From: an uncultured virus (IMG/VR IMGVR_UViG_3300046692_000581)
Lineage: Duplodnaviria > Heunggongvirae > Uroviricota > Caudoviricetes
Direction: 5' to 3' (one strand)
Virus record (IMG/VR): IMGVR_UViG_3300046692_000581
Length of the DNA stretch: 64,000 bases
In this document: one piece after another, positions 60,047 through 64,000 of the stretch
Layout of the letters: each line of letters begins with the position of its first letter
Position numbering within the stretch: position 1 is the first letter of the stretch
Notes under the pieces: model-generated
Seen by the model: the letters and a program-made list of their open reading frames with translations, nothing else
Told to the model about the DNA's origin: nothing
Databases searched by the model: none
Position numbers and translations under genes: made by a program

Positions 60047-60639
60047 AAATACATATTGATCCGATCAAGGTGCACACCGCAGAAAGCCTCGTTAATGCAT
60101 CGTCTGGGGCTGAGCTGGTAGTCAGTGCCACGGACTACTCAACGTTGATGGATGCCTACCGCGAGCTGCAACGCTCAAACGATAAAACTGAGCGCGTGGC
60201 CAAACAAAGCGAGGCCATTCTGGCTAATGCGATGGCAATCATTGATGGTCCTGACAGCAAAAATTCGGATACTTTCTGGAGCCACCCTCACCCGCTGCTG
60301 ATACAGGTATGTCGCTTGGTTAAAGGACTCCGTCCGCACCATGCTGATGTCGCTTATGAAAAAGAGCTTGAGGTGCTGCACAGCATTGCCACGTTTGAAG
60401 TGCAAAATTTTAGCGGTCAACATTCGCCCATTCAGCTGAAGCAGGCGATAAATCGTGCTGCCACCGTCATTGAATTGATGCCTACGGATGTTCGGGTGAT
60501 TACACCTGCGATGGCATCGCTTAAATCACTGACAGATGATCTGCGTGATTTTGTTGAGGAAGCGGATATTTATACGACTCATGTGGAATTGAAGCAGGTT
60601 CTGGAATCGAACACGTCATGCGCTCATTTTCAGTATTGA
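60043..60639 (+). CDS. hypothetical protein
   Basis: ATGA overlap, GGAG SD. Confidence 0.65.
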   Translation: MKIHIDPIKVHTAESLVNASSGAELVVSATDYSTLMDAYRELQRSNDKTERVAKQSEAILANAMAIIDGPDSKNSDTFWSHPHPLLIQVCRLVKGLRPHHADVAYEKELEVLHSIATFEVQNFSGQHSPIQLKQAINRAATVIELMPTDVRVITPAMASLKSLTDDLRDFVEEADIYTTHVELKQVLESNTSCAHFQY

Positions 60640-60698
60640 TCCATCACTTGAGTGCAGACACAAACAGAAAACTCAGATGAAACAAACGTGGAGCTAAC

Positions 60699-60965
60699 AT
60701 GAGTGAGACAAATGCTACAAATGCTACAAATGCACAATTGATCAAGCTGGACTGGAAGGCTATCAACAAAAATATTCGTGTAGCGGACAGCTCAATTGAG
60801 CGTGGAATCGCCGACTGTGAAAGAAAATGGGGAGTGTCCGGTAGCGATGGCTGGTGCACGGTGTCGCCAAATTGGCTGCTGTCTGTTTTGGCTGAGGTCC
60901 AGGAATATCGGAAATTTCATGGCGTTGCCATTGCGGACCCTTTTACAGGTCAGGAGCCGGTATAA
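60699..60965 (+). CDS. small hypothetical protein
   Basis: GGAG SD; 88 aa. Confidence 0.55.
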   Translation: MSETNATNATNAQLIKLDWKAINKNIRVADSSIERGIADCERKWGVSGSDGWCTVSPNWLLSVLAEVQEYRKFHGVAIADPFTGQEPV

Positions 60966-61004
60966 TCTGCCCAAGAAAGCTGCGCTCACACTGAGGATGC
61001 GTGC

Positions 61005-61838
61005 ATGAAAGTCAAAATACTGCTCGATCAGCACATAATTGATCATGGGGTGCAGCCCGACCTTGCAGAAATAGTGAAGTCTCTCGGTTACGAGGTGGTG
61101 GTGGCTCAGCGCGACCCGAGTCGGACAGTCCCTGCCAATCCGGTGTTTAATAATGGGGATTGCGTCATTATGTACGGAAGCACGGCATTTCTGGAGCAAT
61201 ACCAGAAAAATCGCGACTTCCATCCAGGCGCATATTATTCATCAACAGCATTCAAGTGTTCAAACTACATGCCACACATTGAACTGTCTTTGCTGGCCAA
61301 TCCCGATTACCTGATGCTGCCTTATGGTGATTTCAAGCGACGTTACCAGCAGTTTTTCGACTATTTCGGCACAGAAACGCTGTTTGTAAGGCCTGACTCC
61401 GGAGGGAAGGTGTTTGCTGGTCAGGTCATAAAGCGGGCAACCATAGACTTCCACCTTGAGACGTTGGACAAGCTGACTGGGGCCTCCTCTAGCACCATGA
61501 TTTTGATTTCAAAAGCCAAAAATATTTCAAGGGAATATCGATTCTTCATTGTTGGCGGCAAGATAATTACAGGATCTATGTACATGCGCCGAGGCAAACC
61601 GTATGTTTCACGGGAGCTGGATGCGGATTGCATTAAAGTTGCAGGCCAAATCGCAGCGGCGCCGTTTCAAATTGATCGTGCTTATTGCTGTGACGTCGGG
61701 ATTGTGGACGGCAAGCCGAAAGTCATTGAACTCAATTCATTTTCGGCAGCCGGGCTGTATGCGTCTGATGTCGAGAAGTTGTTTTCAGCAGTTGCGATAG
61801 AGTCGATGCTCGACTACCAGGAGGTCATGAGCGACTAA
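61005..61838 (+). CDS. ATP-grasp domain protein (R2K/DUF4343-like)
   Basis: FVRPDSGGKVFAG, EYRFFIV, CDVG, KVIELNSFSAAGLY. Confidence 0.8.
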   Translation: MKVKILLDQHIIDHGVQPDLAEIVKSLGYEVVVAQRDPSRTVPANPVFNNGDCVIMYGSTAFLEQYQKNRDFHPGAYYSSTAFKCSNYMPHIELSLLANPDYLMLPYGDFKRRYQQFFDYFGTETLFVRPDSGGKVFAGQVIKRATIDFHLETLDKLTGASSSTMILISKAKNISREYRFFIVGGKIITGSMYMRRGKPYVSRELDADCIKVAGQIAAAPFQIDRAYCCDVGIVDGKPKVIELNSFSAAGLYASDVEKLFSAVAIESMLDYQEVMSD

Positions 61839-61878
61839 CCGCCTTTGGCGCATTGGCCACTGTCCTCTTTGTTTCTTC

Positions 61879-62346
61879 CTATTCGCCGTCATCGTCATCG
61901 AAAGGGACGGCCTGATTCTCAGGCGTATCGAACGCGTTCATGGCGTGAATGCCGACAGTTTTTGCGTGATCCTTATGAAAAGCCAGTTGGCGCCCACCTT
62001 TCACGATGAAATTAGGCTCAGCTTCAATCACCAGGATCTTGCCGTCGAATTTTGCACCGGCATTGCGCTCATTGAGATAGAACCAATTCTTGAGTGCGTC
62101 AATGGATTCAAAACCGAAAAACCAGTCATCCCCCAGGGCATCGATGTCAATGCCATCATCTTTTGGCAGTGGGCGCCGTTCTTCATAGCCCCGCCATTCG
62201 ATGCAGGTGACAGAGCCGATGTCGCTATCAAGCGTGCGCTTGTAGCCGTAACCCTCAGCATCTTCAACGCGATATACAATAGCATTGTTGAAACTGCCGG
62301 GATGAATCATGTCCTGAAAAGGACTTTTGCAACGTGAGGAAGCCAT
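61879..62346 (-). CDS. phage-type hypothetical, possible ADP-ribosyltransferase-like fold
   Basis: VYRVE, PLPKDD, FGFES...WF, GGRQLAF; recalls a T4-like early protein family; start may be MIHPGS. Confidence 0.55.
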   Translation of the reverse strand: MASSRCKSPFQDMIHPGSFNNAIVYRVEDAEGYGYKRTLDSDIGSVTCIEWRGYEERRPLPKDDGIDIDALGDDWFFGFESIDALKNWFYLNERNAGAKFDGKILVIEAEPNFIVKGGRQLAFHKDHAKTVGIHAMNAFDTPENQAVPFDDDDGE

Positions 62347-62419
62347 AATATAAGCCTATATGAATGTAGTTACATTCAGGCCTCCCGCGCATATGATGCG
62401 GTGTTCATAAAAACTCCAA

Positions 62420-62476
62420 TAAAAAACCCATCAGCCGCCACTTCCTTCCTGTTATGGAGGGTGTAACGTTGATGGG
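62420..62476 (-). terminator. long imperfect hairpin with U-tract after tRNA
   Basis: cccatca...tgatggg followed by T-run on minus strand. Confidence 0.6.
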
Positions 62477-62486
62477 CCGTATTGTA

Positions 62487-62562
<76 letters not shown>

Positions 62563-62583
62563 ATATGTGTTTTGATGGAATCA

Positions 62584-62612
62584 ATTATATTAAGTCGGAA
62601 GTAAGAAGTCAA
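62584..62612 (-). promoter_or_regulatory. sigma70 promoter of tRNA-Thr
   Basis: TTGACT-N17-TATAAT. Confidence 0.8.
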
Positions 62613-62634
62613 TACTTAATTCAACATTTTTATT

Positions 62635-63001
62635 ATTCCGTGCCTTTAATTCGGTGCCCATTACGCCGGGCCAGCGGGCGGTTCCTCGGTACTGTTGCTT
62701 CCCTTAATCTCCGTTAGCCGTCATCAAAAATGACGTCGGCCCTTAGAAGCTGGAGACGTTACCGCCAACTAACTGGTTTAAATTGTAGGCAGTGCAAAAG
62801 CGGCCCACTCGGGCGATCTTCAGCGCTCTGCTGATGCGTTAAGCCTCGGCTTGCCTCCCCATGACCTACTCCTAAACCCGTCAAGCGCTCTCAAGGAATG
62901 TTTTGGCCATCGAGACGTACAAGCTTACGCAATCCTCATGGGTCGCAATTAACCCCCCCTGGATTAACACTCCGCTACGCTTTTGCACTGCCTACAACTT
63001 A
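62635..63001 (-). ncRNA. candidate structured non-coding RNA(s), unknown family
   Basis: 20-bp perfect inverted repeat 62783-62802/62978-62997, many internal stems, G-U pairs favour minus strand, no credible ORF. Confidence 0.6.
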
Positions 63002-63005
63002 TATA

Positions 63006-63431
63006 TCACTTTGCAACGTGGGTAAAAAACAATTCCACTTCACGACGGATGATGGCGAGTTGATCATCGGTTGGACCTTTGGCCAAAATTTCGGCAATTG
63101 AGGTCCATTCATCTCCATCAGGAAGAAATCTGTCCAGCATAAAGCTGCAAACCGAAATGTCGCTGGCTTTATCCAGCAAAATTGGCATTAGCTCTTCGAC
63201 GTAGGGCAATACAGCTTTATTTGAAATGAGGAAGGCAGGAACCTGTCCATCAAATTCTTTAAGCGCAAAGAGCTTTTTGTCGGCAATCATCATTTTGACA
63301 CTGTCATTCGAAATGCTTAGTTGCTGAGCAACCTCTTTGATGGTCAGAAGGCCTCCATGGTTATCCAGGTAGCTTTGCATAGCCAGCAATGCATCTTTAC
63401 GCTTCTGAAGCTTTTTGGCTTCTAGATCCAT
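63006..63431 (-). CDS. helix-turn-helix domain protein
   Basis: LLTIKEVAQQLSISNDSVKMMIADKKLFA (HTH_17-like) then G..PAF. Confidence 0.7.
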   Translation of the reverse strand: MDLEAKKLQKRKDALLAMQSYLDNHGGLLTIKEVAQQLSISNDSVKMMIADKKLFALKEFDGQVPAFLISNKAVLPYVEELMPILLDKASDISVCSFMLDRFLPDGDEWTSIAEILAKGPTDDQLAIIRREVELFFTHVAK

Positions 63432-63545
63432 CTTTCACTCACCTAAATGTTGTTTCACTGGCTGCTACTATGCCACAGGCTGTACCGAAGAAGTTGAAGC
63501 TTGTGCCGACTGTTGATGCATTCACATCAAATCTGCCGAACTGGC

Positions 63546-63809
63546 TTAGGCTTCCGGCAAGCTGCCCAATGGGGTCGTAACGTTCTGAGTCAGGAAATCG
63601 AACTCTTTTTGCTTACCCTGTTTAACCCAGGAGTCCAAACCTAGCCTTCTCAAATCGTCCAGCAATTGATGGCGGCGATTCATCCGAGAGAAAGCGGTAT
63701 CTTTATTGCCGGACTTTACAGATCGACTTGAAACACGCGCAGCTTCACAGCGTTGACGAATTTCGTCTATCGCTGCTGTGTTGCTTGGGCGGATAGCTCT
63801 CACAGCCAT
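63546..63809 (-). CDS. small basic hypothetical protein
   Basis: 87-aa ORF, AAGGGG SD. Confidence 0.55.
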   Translation of the reverse strand: MAVRAIRPSNTAAIDEIRQRCEAARVSSRSVKSGNKDTAFSRMNRRHQLLDDLRRLGLDSWVKQGKQKEFDFLTQNVTTPLGSLPEA

Positions 63810-64000
63810 TCATTTCCCCTTTGAAGCATGTCCGGAGTTGATTCTCCCTAACTCCCCTTGCCAGAGAGTCACCGCCGTGGGCGATGCCTGTCAATTCAGG
63901 TCCTGTAAAAGTCCTTACGAGACTTTTGGACATATTCGTTTGCAGTTCTCACTGCGAATTCAATATTCAAATAATATAGTCGTGGCGCACATGAAAGTCA

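Noticed and set aside
60709..60735. 9-bp tandem repeat encoding TNATNATNA
   Set aside because: In-frame, under three copies; unlikely to be a phase-variation switch.
62783..62997. Complete retron, tmRNA, RNase P or SRP RNA call
   Set aside because: No RT in the window, no long msd hairpin, and the diagnostic motifs of the other RNAs are absent; kept only as an unknown structured RNA.

Overview
64-kb gene-dense segment of a large Pseudomonas-associated extrachromosomal element, most likely a megaplasmid (a jumbo-phage accessory region cannot be excluded). It mixes near-chromosomal Pseudomonas housekeeping homologues (recA, dcd, slyB, tRNA-Thr) with phage-type accessory genes (rIIA/rIIB, thymidine kinase, 5'-nucleotidase, macro domains, KptA/Tpt1, Nudix, tyrosine phosphatase, ATP-grasp, YgiB/YgiC-like pair, metallophosphoesterase, CoaD-CoaE fusion) and many hypothetical ORFs, several in tandem paralogue arrays. 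I recognised no virion, replication-initiator, conjugation, IS or CRISPR genes. Highlights: (1) an unannotated ~370-nt highly structured non-coding region upstream of tRNA-Thr, closed by a perfect 20-bp long-range stem; (2) a RecA carrying a long linker and a second, divergent copy of its C-terminal domain; (3) an 11-bp-phased GAGT array plus a palindrome over the promoter of a tandem-domain gene/ASCH operon; (4) paralogue families with similar C-terminal tails and extended -10 promoters; (5) a dispersed ADP-ribose toolkit including a DUF2442-degenerate macro fusion. All family calls come from motif recognition by eye; no searches were run.
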